Shown here: in pieces, positions 13,495-26,409 of the stretch | Layout: each line of letters opens with the position of its first letter | Numbering within the stretch: position 1 is the first letter of the stretch | Position numbers and translations under genes: made by a program | Notes under the pieces: generated by a model | What the model was told of the DNA's origin: nothing | Seen by the model: the letters and a program-made list of their open reading frames with translations, nothing else | Database searches by the model: none | Assembly: GCA_013265495.1 (NCBI GenBank) | Contig: MU058781.1 | Span: forward strand, 11,079,009 to 11,143,008 | DNA: 64,000 bases | From: Vicugna vicugna | Lineage: Eukaryota | Reading direction: 5' to 3'

Positions 13495-16280
13495 TTTTTT
13501 TTTTTGTATTTATTTATTTATTTATTTTTAGATTCCTCATATAAGCAATCTCATATAGTATTTTTCTTTCTCCTTCTGGCTTACTTCACTTAGAATGACA
13601 TCCTCCAGGAAAATCTATGTTGCTGCAAATGGCATTATGTTGTCGGTTTTTATGGCTGAATAGTATTCCATCGTATAAATATACCACCTCTTTATTCAGT
13701 CATCTGCTGATGGGCACTTAGGCTGTTTCCATGTCTTGGCTATTGTAAATAGTGCTGCTATGAACATTGGGGTGCAGGTGTCATCCTGAAGTAGATTTCC
13801 TTCTGGGTACAAGCCCAGGAGCGGGATTCCTGGGTCATATGGTAAGTCTATTCCTAGTCTTTTGAGGAATCTCCATACTGTTTTCCACAGTGGCTTTCCT
13901 TGCTTTCCTCTCCCACTCTTAATGATTTAGATGTCTTTTACAATTTTGTGTTTATTCTTTTTGTAATTTGTGGCAGTTATCTCCTTTCCAGTTATGAGTT
14001 TCTCATTTTTGTAGCATCCTGCTTCTTTTCTATTTAGAGTAGACCTGTGAATATTTCTTTTAGCATGGGTTTACTGTTGCTAAACTCTTTTAGTTTTTGC
14101 TTGTCTGAGAAGTTCTTTATCTCCCATTCTATTCTAAAGGATAACCTTGCTGGATAGAGTATCCTAGGCTGCATCTTTTTTTCATTCAGGATTTTGAATA
14201 TATCTTGCCACTCCCTTCTGGCCTGTAGTGTTTGTGTAGAGAAATCAGCTGAGAGCCTTATGGGGGTTCCCTTATAACTCACTCTTTATTTTTCTCTTGC
14301 TGCCTTTAGGATCATTTCTTTATCCTTCACTCTGGCCATCTTGATTATATGTCTTGGTGTGGGTCTGTTTGGGTTCTTCCTGTTTGGGACCCTCTGAGCC
14401 TTGGATATCTGATTCCTTTAGGTTTGGGAAGTTTTCAGTTATAATATCTTCAAATACCTTTTCAATCCCCTTTGTTCTTTCTTCTCCTTCTGGAACCCCT
14501 ATTATGCGTAGATTGGCAGGCTTTATATTATCGCATAGGTCCCTTATATTGTTTTCATTGTTTTATATTTGTTTTTCTCTCAGCTGTTCTGATTGGGTGC
14601 TTTCTGTTGTCCTGTCTTCTAGGTCACTTATTCGTTCCTCTGCATTATCTAGCCTGCTTGTACAGCCTTTAGGTCAACTCTCATCTCAGCAAATGAGTTT
14701 ACTAATTCTACTTGGTTCTTCTTTATAGCTTATATTTCATTTTTGACATATTTTATATCTTTAAGCACTATTTCTTTTAGTTCCTTCAGTACTTTGATCA
14801 CTCCTTTTTTGAAGTCTTGATCTAGTAGGCCATCAATGTCTATTTCCTTGATCGTGCTTTCAGAGGATTTCTCTTGATCTTTTAATTGGGAGTGGTTCCT
14901 CTGCTTCTTCATATTGCTCATATCTCTCTGGCACTGTGGCTCAAGGAGTATCAGTTATCTAGTTCTCCTGGAGACTGTGTGCTCTTTAATGATTTTATCG
15001 AGAGGTCTTTGCATCTTCGCCCTGTTTCCCAAACTCAGCTTGCTGTTTCCAGAGGCCCTCTGTTGGCGCCCTCATCAGTGCTGCTCCCAGTGACAGTCGG
15101 CTAGCAGATGGCACCCCCTCCTAACACTGGGTCAGGAGCTGAGCTCTTACCTGGTGGGTGGGTGGGTCACTCCCCCTCCCGATGCTGCAGTCAGGTGCTG
15201 CGCTCAGAGGGGAGGTAGGTGGGCATATCATGCCCCCTCCCAGCACTGTGGTCAGGTGCTGCAGTCAGGTGCTGTGTTCCTGCCAGGAAAGGGGGTTGCT
15301 GCCCACCCTCTCCTGGCACCGGTCGCTCCGCTGCTCTGTGCAGCTGTTCACTCCACCTCCGATTGGCGCTCTGAAGGCAGGCTTGGGGAAGACCGTGGAA
15401 TGGCCCCGCCCCTGCTCTGTGCCAAATCTCAGCTCCTTGTTTGTCTTGGCAGCGCGAGTTCTCTGAGGTGCCAGGGCAGAAAGATCCTATCTGCCTCGGG
15501 CTGTAAACAAGTCTCAGTCCTGCCTAGGAGGTTACGGAGCCCCCGGGTGCAGATTCAGGCCTCGGCCCCGCCCCGACCCGGGCACTGCGCACAGGAGGAG
15601 ATGGTGGCTGTGGCTGCACCCTGCCTCTCTTCTTGTGAGATGCACCAGTAATGGCGGCACAGGTCTGGGGAGACAAGGGCTACAGCGCCCCTCCCCCCAG
15701 GGCACACCAGCCGTGTTGCTTTGCTTTTTTCGCAGTTTATGGGGGACCGAGGTTGTTCTGCTCTGTATCCCCTCCCAGCCAGGGCACACAGCCCCCTGCA
15801 GTCCCCTGGGGCTGCCTCAGTGCAGCTGCCCCAGTCCTCTGCCCAGCTCAGGCGGCCCATCACAGTCCCAGCTGCTGGCTCGCATCTCGGGCTGGGTGTC
15901 ACGGGGACCTTTTGTGCCCGTTTAACTCAGTTTTGTCAGTCACGGGGTGCTCGGGGCAGATCTGAACCTCAGAGGCTCCCCTTCCATCCCGCTGGTCTCT
16001 CTGTTGGAGAGGGGAGACCCAGTGAATGAGGGCCAGTCCTCTTTTGCCACTCCCTCCCCGTGGGATCAGTCCCACACTGTTTTGCTTTTTCATCTTTCTT
16101 TTTTCCTTTTCTCCTACCAGATTTTTGGCGTCTTTGTCTTTCGAAGAGGGCGATGTTCTGTTGGAGTTCAGCAGGTGTACTGGTTGGCTGAGTAGGTCTG
16201 TAGATGTGAGTTTTAGTGTATTTGTGGGAGAGGGTGAGCTACAAGCGTCCTTCTACTCTGCCATCTTGCTTCTCTCCTCC
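13495..16280 (-). mobile_element. Internally deleted LINE-1: 5'UTR + ORF1 + spacer fused to the ORF2 3' tail, with poly(A)
   Basis: On the - strand it starts GGAGGAGAGAAGCAAGATGGC (typical L1 5' end), followed by a GC-rich 5'UTR and ORF1 remnants (14921-14034; PIRLSADFS...QPRILYPARLSF). It jumps at ~13894 into the ORF2 end; the A11 tail is at 13495-13505. Confidence 0.9.
14034..14921 (-). pseudogene. Disrupted L1 ORF1p
   Basis: N-terminal MSNMKKQRNHSQLK... ends at a premature stop at 14730-14732, followed by frameshifts. The C-terminal ORF1p motif YKGTPIRLSADFSTQTLQARREWQDIFKILNEKKMQPRILYPARLSF is present. Confidence 0.88.
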
Positions 16281-17664
16281 AGTCTCATTCTGGCACATGC
16301 TCCAGAACCCTGCACTCAAGTTGTCCTCAGCCACCGTCCTCCTGAACACACCTGCACTCATGTGCCACCGTGCCTGTACTCACCATGCTTATTGGACCAG
16401 CAGTAACCGTCCACCCCTCGTCTGCCTGTGGAACTCTTCATTCCAGGACACGCCAAGAAGCAATAGCAGTAAGAATAAGGACTAATATGTCCTGAATGGG
16501 AGGCACCATTGAAGCGTTCTGTGGATGGTAATTCACTTAATCCTAAACAAAGCCCCATGAGGTGGGGGTTATTATCACAAGCCCATTACACAGGGGAGAA
16601 AACAGGCAAAGAGAGGATAATTTGTCCAAGGAGAACTAGTAACCGGCAGAGGCAGGATTGAAATCTGAGCAGCCTGGCTTTCGAGGCTACAGAAATGTCA
16701 CCTTCTCTCTGCAGCTCTTCCTCATTCTCTCTCTCTCTCTGGCGCTCTCTCTCTCTAACTCTCCCCATGGTTCAGACTTTATGTCTCTTCCTCAAGTGCC
16801 AGCATTTTGTACAAACGCATTCTATTCCACTTATCTCTGTTATAGTGATTTATTTACATATCTGTTTCTCCCATTAGAAGCTAGACTATTAGCTGCTTGG
16901 GTACAGGGAGCCTTATCTTAATGAGTGGTGAAGCCTCAGAAGTGAACATGTAAAATAGCTATGGGCTATTTTATGGTCATTTAAAATAATTATTGCATTT
17001 TTACTTACAGCCAGGCATTGTGCTGGCACTACAGAAAACAGATGATTAATAGGGGCACTAAAGTTTTTGCATATTTAATGTGTGTGTGTACAGGGGAGAA
17101 ACGGATTTTTGGAGAGGACTAAGCCTAAGGGTATTGGTTTGGGTACCCTGAGCAAAGCTCTCCTCCATCCAGCACTTGGGTTGAGGGGAGCCTTGTCTAA
17201 TGGCTCGCAGGCCATTACTACTTGTAAAAGCAGAATTCTCCAGCTAACTATGCTGTCTGGCATGGAGCTACCAGTTATAATTCCCACTCCTGGGAGAGGC
17301 TGACAGAAGAGCTAGACCTGCCTAGTCATGAGCAAAGTAAGTTGTCTCCAGCAGTGCTGAACAAACCACCAGATCTTCACCCTTAAACGTGAAAGTAGAA
17401 TCAGAATCTCCAGACATCTGAGGGACAACCACCACCGTGAGAGTACTTATGTCGGGAATAGACTCCACAGGAAACATAGGTATTTCAGAAATCACAGGTG
17501 AACTCTAAAAACAATCTAATTAGTCTCCAAGAAGAAATTGCATCAGTAAGATAAAAATAGAGTACTAGGAAAAGAAACATCAGATGGCTTAAAAATAACA
17601 CATCAATGGAAGAATAAGTTGAGGACATTTTTCAAAAACTAAAATCTTCCTCCCCATTTACGAT

Positions 17665-18097
17665 TTTTAATTATTATTTTTGTTGAAGTATAGTTGGTTT
17701 ATAATGTTAGTTTCATATGTACAGCAAAGCAATACAGTAATACATACGCATACATATATTTTTTCAGATTCTTTTTCATTATAGCTCATTACAAGTCCTT
17801 GAATACAGTTCCCTGTGCTACACCGTAGTTCCTTGTTGTTCATCTATTTTATATAGAGTCATGTGTATCTTTTAATCCTAAACTCCCAACCTATCCCTCC
17901 CCCACTTTCTCCCCAGTAACCAGTTTGCTTTCTATATAGGTCCATGAGTCTATCTCTGGTTTGTAAATAAAATGTGTTTCTTTTTTAGATTCCACATGTA
18001 AGTGATATCATATGATATTTGTCTTTCTCTGGCTTACTTCACTTAATATGATAATCTCTAGGTCCATCCACATTGCTGAAAATGGCATTATTTCATT
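17665..18097 (-). mobile_element. L1 3'-end fragment inserted in an older + strand L1 remnant (~17350-19050)
   Basis: Contains ttgaagtatagttggtttataatg...gattccacatgtaagtgatatcatatg; translates IMPFSAMWMDLEIIILSEVSQ (L1 ORF2 C-terminus). Confidence 0.8.
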
Positions 18098-21024
18098 AGA
18101 CAATTTTTTTAATGAGACAAAAGGTAAAAGACATAGAAAGTTAATCAAAGAGAAAAAGAAACAAAAGAAGAAATTGTAAATAAAAAGTAGAAGAAAGTTT
18201 CTCAAGGCTGTAGAATACAGAAATCTTCAGGTTGGAAGTGCCTGCTGACAATTCAGCAATGTGAATGATTAAAAAAAAGAAAATCAGGCACACTTTTGTG
18301 AAATTTTAGGATACGTAAGATAAAAAGGACACAAGAAGCTTCCAGAGGGGACAACGAACATCTACAAAACAATGAAAACCAGACTGGGAAAAGAGAAGGG
18401 CTGTGATTTCATGCAACAGATGGTAAGGTAACTTTTAGTCTACAGAAAATACACTCACTCTTAGCAAGAAGAAAAAAGAAGCAATGGAAACTCTGAAAAG
18501 AAAGTTTAAAATTTTACAAAGCCAAAATAATGCAAGCTGTTGACTCGTTTTCGACTTTCAGAATCAAGCCACAGACAAAAGTCTAAATTATAATTATGAA
18601 ACAGACTGCACAGGAGATCCATCTGATGATGTCAGAATAAAGGTAACGCTAAAAAAAACCTTGAAAGCAGCAGGGAAAAGAGAAGAGGTGGTAGTGGCAA
18701 GAATACTAGTATCCTCACCTAGTTTAGTGAGAAGTCAAGCATAACTGTCTAATGTTTATGGAAAAGAATAATGGCCTATGTTTATAATTTGCAGTTGCAA
18801 AGATAACCCAACTAAAGAACTAAAAATGAAACATAAACATTGGAAAGAAGAGAGGAAATAAAATGAGATGTGGAGGACATAAATTAAAGCCTCGTCTTTC
18901 ACGATAGGAAATCAATCATTATTGTCTCAGTTAATAAGTCATTATAAATAAGCATATTATTTAGAGTTATGGGAGAAGACACTACAAGAATTTCAGGCAG
19001 GAAATATTAGAAGAGGTTGCCTCTGAGAAAGGCTGGGGGAGGCCAGGGGTAAGGTCAGACTGTATTTATTCACACAGTGAAAACAAGACAGACACAATTC
19101 CTGCCCCTGTGGTCCTTATATCATCTGTAAGTAAATCACTGTTGTGTTAGATACTATACAAAAGGAGCATCAAGTGATTGTGTTTAAACAAAGGGGTTTA
19201 ACCTAGATTAAGATTCTGGGAAGGCCTCCCTGAGGTAATAATATTTGAACGGTGTCTTGAAACACGAATAGAAGTTAACCAGAGCGATCCTAGCCTAGGG
19301 AGGAATTTGTTCTTTTTAGGTGAGCGAGGGCAGTGGACTATACGGGAAGGGAAGACAAGAGCTTTCAAGGCAGAGGCAACAGCACCTACAAACTCCCAGA
19401 GCTGAGTGAGCGTGAAACGTTGAAAGAACTGGATTAAGTGCATTTTAGATGATGCAGCCCACGAGCCTTGGGGAGAGCATCTAGGATGCCAGGGCAACCC
19501 AGCTGCACACCCCCAACCACCAACATGAACAGCACCCTTTAGAGTTGTACAATAGGCCGTCCTGGACAATGAGGCTGAGCAAGGGTGCAGGGTAACATTT
19601 TCCAAGGAAGGCCAAGATCACACCAGATGAGACCAGAGAAGCTTGAGGACAGCAGAGAACAGCTTAGAGGACTCGCTGTCTTGTCACTTCCTTTGCCCTC
19701 TGAGAAATAGAAAATGCCAGCAAGAAATGCTGGACTTGTCACTCCCATATCTTTCTCCTGGACAAAATTGACTATCTGCTGTAGGGGAAAAAAGGGAAGA
19801 ATGTGTAATCTTTGTTTTGCTAGAGTCTCTTTCAGAGGACTGCATGATGTGGCAGAACTCAGAAGTGAAACAATGCCGAGACAATAAGCAGACAGCTTAT
19901 GCTCACTGAGAGCTCTCTCTGTTACAGGCGATGCAACAACATTCTTTTGCATTTTTGCATTTTAGTTAATTCATGTTTGAAAGAATTCTAAGGCTGCTAT
20001 TATTTCCTCCATTTCACACACAAAGACTTCTAGGCTCAGAAAAAAGGAAGTAATTCATCCAAGAACATGCAGCCAGAAAGTGATCAAACCATCATTTCTA
20101 CCCAAGTGGCCTGACCCAAAGATCTCCTTCCCTATACGTAGATTCTTCTGAAAAGGATGAGAGAGTAGATGCATCTGGTCTCCATTCAGAATGTCCCAGA
20201 CGAACCACGTCCTTTATCACAGAGTTCTCCACTTCTGTGGGGCATTAAAAAAAAATGGGCAGGAAGCATCACATAGCTATGTTACCACTGCGTGGGAATT
20301 CAGTCCAAACCAGTACAAGTAATAAAGGCAAGACTCCCTCTGAACTCATGTGCTAAATTTACCATAAAAAAGTCAGTCCAGAGAGCTATTTCAATTTTCT
20401 TAGAAATTTGATAAAGTTGGCAAAGCTGCTCAGTTGTGAGCTTCTTTAGGTCAATACTTTGTCTTACTCGTATTTCTCCCTAACACCTAGCACAGTATCT
20501 AGTTCCTTGTAGAAACTCAATAAATGTTTGCTGAGGCTCAGTGTTTTAGTTCAAAAAACTGCAAAAATTGTTCTTACCAACCCAGCCTCCTGCTGACCTC
20601 CACCACTCCAGATGGCACTGATCAGAAACACGTTTCCCATGCAGCCGAGTGCCTTGCAGGCTTTGACCTATCCTCAAATGCATTTGCTGGAGCTTCCAGA
20701 AGGTGTTAGTGCTTCTAAGCCCATGGGGAGGCTTGTGCATTTCTCACTCTGTGAGCGCAGCCCAACCCTGAATTGAGGGAGGCAGCGGATCCTAGAAGTT
20801 CTGGAGAGTCAGACTCCATCATATCTTGGCTCTGCCACTCTGTAGACTACAGAACTTTGGCCAAATCATTACATCTCTCTGTGCCTCAGTTTCCTCTGCT
20901 ATCAGGAATGATAACAGCATGCATCCATCAGAGTTGCTGTTGAGGAATAATGAGCTAATGCTGCTAAAGTACGTGGAGCTGTGACCTACACAGAGCTAGC
21001 CCTCAGTAAAAGCTAGTTGTTATT

Positions 21025-21240
21025 CTCTAGGGTGTGGCATTTGCAGATACTAACTACTATGTATAAAATAGATAAACAAGTTTCTTCTATATAGCACAGG
21101 GAACTATACGCAATATCATGTAATAACCTATAATGAAAAAATATGAAAACAAATACATGTACATACACGTATGACTGAAACATGATGCTGTACACCAGAA
21201 ACTGATGCAACATTGGAAAGTGACTGCACTGTAATAAAAT
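21025..21240 (+). mobile_element. Short L1 3'UTR fragment
   Basis: gataaacaag...tatagcacagggaactata...tgctgtacaccagaaactga, homologous to the L1 3'UTR at 29400-29560. Confidence 0.75.
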
Positions 21241-23665
21241 CACATTCCTTGCCAAAAACATAATAAATAAAATAAAATGCACTGTTTTAAGGGAAGGCAA
21301 GAGGCTCCCTCCCATTTGCCCGTGCACACATTTGCTGACACCTCGGCAGTCACCCCTCCTGTCAGGACTGAAGTGATTTGGAACCCGCCAGACAGGGCAC
21401 TGACCTTTTCAACATCAAGTTTAATTAAGGCTGGTGAGGAGCTAACATGGAATGTTTCATGTCTTTCCATGTAGTTCAGTGAGAAAGATTTATTAACTCA
21501 TTAAAATGTCTTGTTAGTTATTTTCAGCTACTCAGAGTGACCGCTCCTTCCAGCCGGTGACTTCTCCCAGAAAAGACCAAGAATAGAACCTGACCGTGTC
21601 AATTTCCTAGGCTGGCATTTGCGTCACTGGATCAAGTGGCTCCAACACGAGGATCAAAAGCTTAAACAAGTGTGGTGCTTGATTAAAACTCACCTGCCTC
21701 TGGTGACATGCAGCCGGCTGCGGATATGTCACCGTGAGGCCACATCAGGCGAGGACCTTCCCCCACCTCTCCTTGCTAGGGAGTGTGCTAGGCCAGGGGG
21801 CTGAGGACTCTGGTTCCCCGGAGCTGGGTCTCTGCGATGTGCTGACCTCGCTTCCTGGAGACCAACTGTCTGAGCCCATCCGAGTCAAGCTGATTTACTC
21901 ACTCATGTATCCCATTGAACTGTGTCCATTTCTAAAACAACTTCAGCTGAGACCCCACCTGCCTCACCCTATCTCTTTTATCAAGTTGCAAATGTCTCCT
22001 CTCTTTTTTTTCTTTGGAAGAACTTCTCTTTAATATACAATTCTCGAAATTTCTTCTTCACCCCCATCCTGCAAAACATGCTTAACTCTGGGGCATAATC
22101 ATAAATCCACATTTACATTGTTTGTCTCTATGTGCTTACTCTCGCTCTATGCTTTCTAGTGTTTTCTGCTTAGATGAGAAGCAGTAGAACATAGTGGCTA
22201 ATAATGTGAGCTGAGACAGCAGGAATCCAGACACCTCTTTTTACTAGTTGGGTGACTTTCAGCAGACTTATTTAACTCATGCCTCACAGATTTCATCAAC
22301 AGCATGGCAGTCATAATAGTATCTTCTTCAAAGGGTGTTGTATTAAATTTTTGTAAAAACCAACTAAGCTGTTGAAAAGAGTGTTTATCAATAGTTAAGT
22401 ATCAAATGAGTATTATAATTTTTGCTGGGGCAGCTTTGTTGCTGTTGTTGTTACAAACAGCTAGTGGCAGGGGTCCGATCACCCGGCCACAGTGCCAAGC
22501 AGAGATTGATACTTAATAAACTTCTTTTGATAATGGCTATGGATGGGGATAAGGATGAGGAAAGAAAACACCAAACAAGGTCTGGGTTTTTAAATAAACC
22601 AAAATAGGCAAAAATGATTTCCTTAGCAACCCACTTTCTGAACGCATTTCCACCATCTTCTCAAGCTTCCTATTTATTATGCCAATTTCCTGCTTCCAAA
22701 TATTGAACACTAAACAGGAAATTAGTTTGAGGATGATGGTCTCCAGCCAAAGGAGAGGAAAGCAATTTCCGTGGCAAGTAACCAGACACTCTTCCTAGGA
22801 CATTTTCTTCAGAAAATGAATCTAATGAACAAGGACCTTGAAATAATCTCAGTGGACTTTTTCCCCTCCTGGAATGAAGGGCAGTTCCACTTCATCTGAA
22901 TTGCCCAAATCGTCATCACGATTATGTTTTATTTTCTAACTGGAAATTGCCTTTCAGAAACACAAGAAGGCCCTGATGCTGTGGTTGGAGAGCAGGTGGC
23001 CCCCCTGGTGACACCCTCATTGTGTCGGGGTCACCTACATGTACAGGAGCGGGGGGCCAGGACACAGAGCCTGGACACATGGTTCTATAAATGCAAGGAG
23101 CTCAAGAAATGTTGCACTTAAAGGATTAGCCTTGTGATGAATCCTTCCACAATTAAAGTGAAAATTCCTCAAGCAACATCATAATTTATATCTATATCTG
23201 TATCTGTATTTGCATACACTAAACACATGGAAAATGATAAAAAACATAAACATTTCATTAGTGATTCATAAGATAATTTTTCAGATTTCACCCTAATATG
23301 ATGGTCACAGCAGTGTGTGGTTACCCACTAGTGTTTCACAGGAAGTCTAACACTTTGATAAACACATTCACACAATAGAAACTTTCTGATATGCTTCTGG
23401 ATCATCTGTGGCTATTCTGATTGGTCTCCGCAGGTTGGGACCAACAGTAATTAGGTAAATACAAAGACACAATCCCTGAATTTCACATGTAAACAGCTGA
23501 GTAATTAAAGGAAAACTTACCAAAACTAATGCCAAGATGATAAAACATCAAGTATTGTGGGTTTGATCCATCCCATGATCACTCGTATACAAACTCACCT
23601 ACCAGCAACCCCGTCAACACCATCTCCCCCTTAAGATGGGGGAGATCTGAAAGTTCATCAGCAAC

Positions 23666-24131
23666 TGTTGGGCTGCACCCCACAGGCCTACAAGGCCTGT
23701 ACTTGCCCAACCTCAAGACCAAAGAAAGAGCCCCTTTGAGTCAGCGACAGAGACATCAATGGTTTAAATGGGTAGAGGGATCTTACATACCTGAAGCAAG
23801 GTCCTGGGGCAACTCTCCACCGTGTGCAGTAGACGTTAGGCAGGACATGTTGCTGGCAGAGGGAGGAGGAGGTTAGCAATTAAAGGGGGAATTGATGTCA
23901 GGTTGCTGATCGGTTACCAGGGAAACCAGCAGAGAGGCACGCCCCTCATCGCCCCTTTGATAAGCATAGTGGAGTGTTCTGATCTAAAATTAGAACAATC
24001 ACTAGCTGTGCCCTGGGGCAAGTATGTAGGAAGGCCAGTCTTGTGAGCAGGGGTCGGTGAAGCAGGCACTGGTCAAGCAGAGGATGTACTGGGAGCAAGA
24101 GGACAGCCTTCTTGAGTGGTCTGATTATATA
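23666..24131. mobile_element. Probable solo ERV LTR (466 bp)
   Basis: Begins with TG and ends in a decayed CA (tata). Flanked by GCAAC (23661-23665) and GCAGC (24132-24136), a 5-bp TSD with one mismatch. Family not identified. Confidence 0.55.
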
Positions 24132-25661
24132 GCAGCTTTAGAAATAGACAAAAGTTGGGCACCTAACCAGTTCAAGGTAATAATAGGTACAGCAAGACTG
24201 AAAATCAGAGCTTTGGAGAGTATTTTTGTCAATAATGGAAAAGCAGCAATAAAGAATCAATTCTGGCTCAAAGGTAGATAGTAAAGAAGCAGAAAGAAGT
24301 GAGGGAAAGTTGGCCAGAGTTTCAAAAGAAGAAGCCAAAAGGCAAGTCGGAAAGATAATAATCGTTAATATCTAACAGCTGTGGAATGCTCACTCTGTGC
24401 TGACTACTGCACATGCGTTCTCCCTTTATGACCTTGTCTCCCAGGTCGACGAGGTAGCTATCATTATATTCTCATTTGCATCAGTATGAAAACTGAGGCT
24501 CAGAGAGGTTGAAAAATTTGCCTCAGTTGTACAGTAAGTGTTGAAAGACAAAACTCAAACCTGGTCTCCCTAATGCTGAAGCCTGCGTGTTTAAGCACGA
24601 GAGACAGTGGAAGTGACCCAAAAGGGAGAGCAGGAGCGAGGCAAGCCCTGGGTCCTAGGCCCTCTACAGATGAGAGACTCTGGCTCAGGGCAGCTTGTAA
24701 AAAGCCAAACTCATATTTGCCTGCTCATGGCATCTGGGCTACTTGAGTGGTCTTACAAGGGAGTCTAACACCTAACCAGAGCTGACATGGTCACATTCTA
24801 TACATACATCCAGGCTCAGTTCAAACGCTGTTTCTTCCACAAAGATTTCTCTTCCACCTGATTTCTCAAGTGGAAATGGTCCCTCCTTCTTGTGAATAGC
24901 TTCCTCTTTATTTCTCTTATACTCCTTGGCACTTTCTATCTTACAGAATCCTTATTTAAACACATGGCATTTTTTTAAGCAATATTGGTCACCCACCATC
25001 AGATAAGAAAACTTCTGAACTTACTGCTATCCAACAGATCTGAATCTGGACAGATAAAGTCTCACAATCCTCCAAAGATGTGAGCTCCTCTTTCATTATG
25101 CAGATTCGGGAGGTATTTGTCAAGCTAAGGCTGACCTTCCCCAGCCCCATCCTCATCTGGCTCAAGCCATGTGACTGAGTCTGGCCAATAGTGTGTGGGC
25201 AAAAATAATTGCATGTCTCTCCCGGGCCTGGTATTTAAGAAGCTTCCATATAATTCTCCTCTCCCTCTTTTATTACTTGCTGGCTGGATATCTTAATACT
25301 CTGGGCAACCTGGAGAACCATGACTCTCACGAGTATCATTGCTCTATCAGCCTGCTTTCTAGAATAATTGTGTGGTCCCCAGTTCTCCACCCCTCCCCAC
25401 ACACCTTGATTTTATATGAATAAGAAACAATGTTCTAGTCGGTTAAACCTTGAGATTTTATAGTTATCTGTTAAAATAAACCAGAAGAGTAAGAATCAAT
25501 CACTACTATGATAAATTCCAGAGGTATCAGATCTATATAGAAAGTCTGAGGCCCAGGGTCTTGATAGTTTTCGAAACACGTCACCAATGAAGTCGGAGCC
25601 TTAAGCTCATACCAGGCAGAGAGATGGTAAAGAAAATGAGGCCTCCTGCTAACATGGTATC

Positions 25662-26012
25662 TGCTATAGTCTGAATATTTGTGTCCCTCAAATTCACGGG
25701 TGGAAAATCTAATGGCCAAGGCAATGGTGTTAGGAGGTGGGGCCTTTGGGAGGTGACAAGGTCGTGCCCTCATGATGGATTAGTGTTCTTATAAGAGTCC
25801 CCAGAGAGCTCCCTAACGCCTTTCTACCAGGTGAGAACACAGTGAGACATCAGCGGTCAGCAACCTAGAAAAGGGCCTTCACCAGAACCCGACCATGCTG
25901 GTACTGTGACCTTGGACTTCCAGCCTCCAGAAACATAAGAGAGAAATTTCTGGTGTTTACCAGCCACCCAGTTTGTGATGTTTTGTTACAGCAGCCCAAA
26001 CAGACCAAGACA
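25662..26012 (+). mobile_element. MaLR solo LTR (MLT1A-like)
   Basis: TG...CA ends; motifs ttaggaggtggggcctttgggagg and ttggacttccagcctccagaa; TSD GTATC/GAATC. Confidence 0.8.
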
Positions 26013-26409
26013 GAATCCCTTAAACTACAGTTAGTGTTATAAATGAGGAATTAGAAACATTTTGCTCACAGATTCCTAGAAATAGCAAGGGGGGAAAAAA
26101 CGATGTAAAATCAAAATTCAGTCTTGCAACATTCATGAGGTCTCAAATTTATATTTCCCCAGTATGATGGAACTCCTAAATCAAAAGAATATACATAGAA
26201 GAACCATGAAACCTCTAGGGCAGTGGCAACAGGAAATGTGAGATCTCTCCAGAGATGTTTTCTTAACCCAGAGTGTAACTGTCTCAGATGAGGTAAAGAA
26301 TTCAAAGCTAGTCCTGCACCAGGTCTCGGGGTCCCAGTTCTTCCCCATTAAGGATCCGGCATTGCCACAGGGGACTTGTTTAGGCTGATAATTCAGCCTG
26401 CCTCTTTTT

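Noticed and set aside
15154..16406. Many 64-165 aa ORFs, including a possible ORF0-like frame
   Set aside because: They lie in or overlap the GC-rich L1 5'UTR, where stops are scarce; no evidence of coding function.
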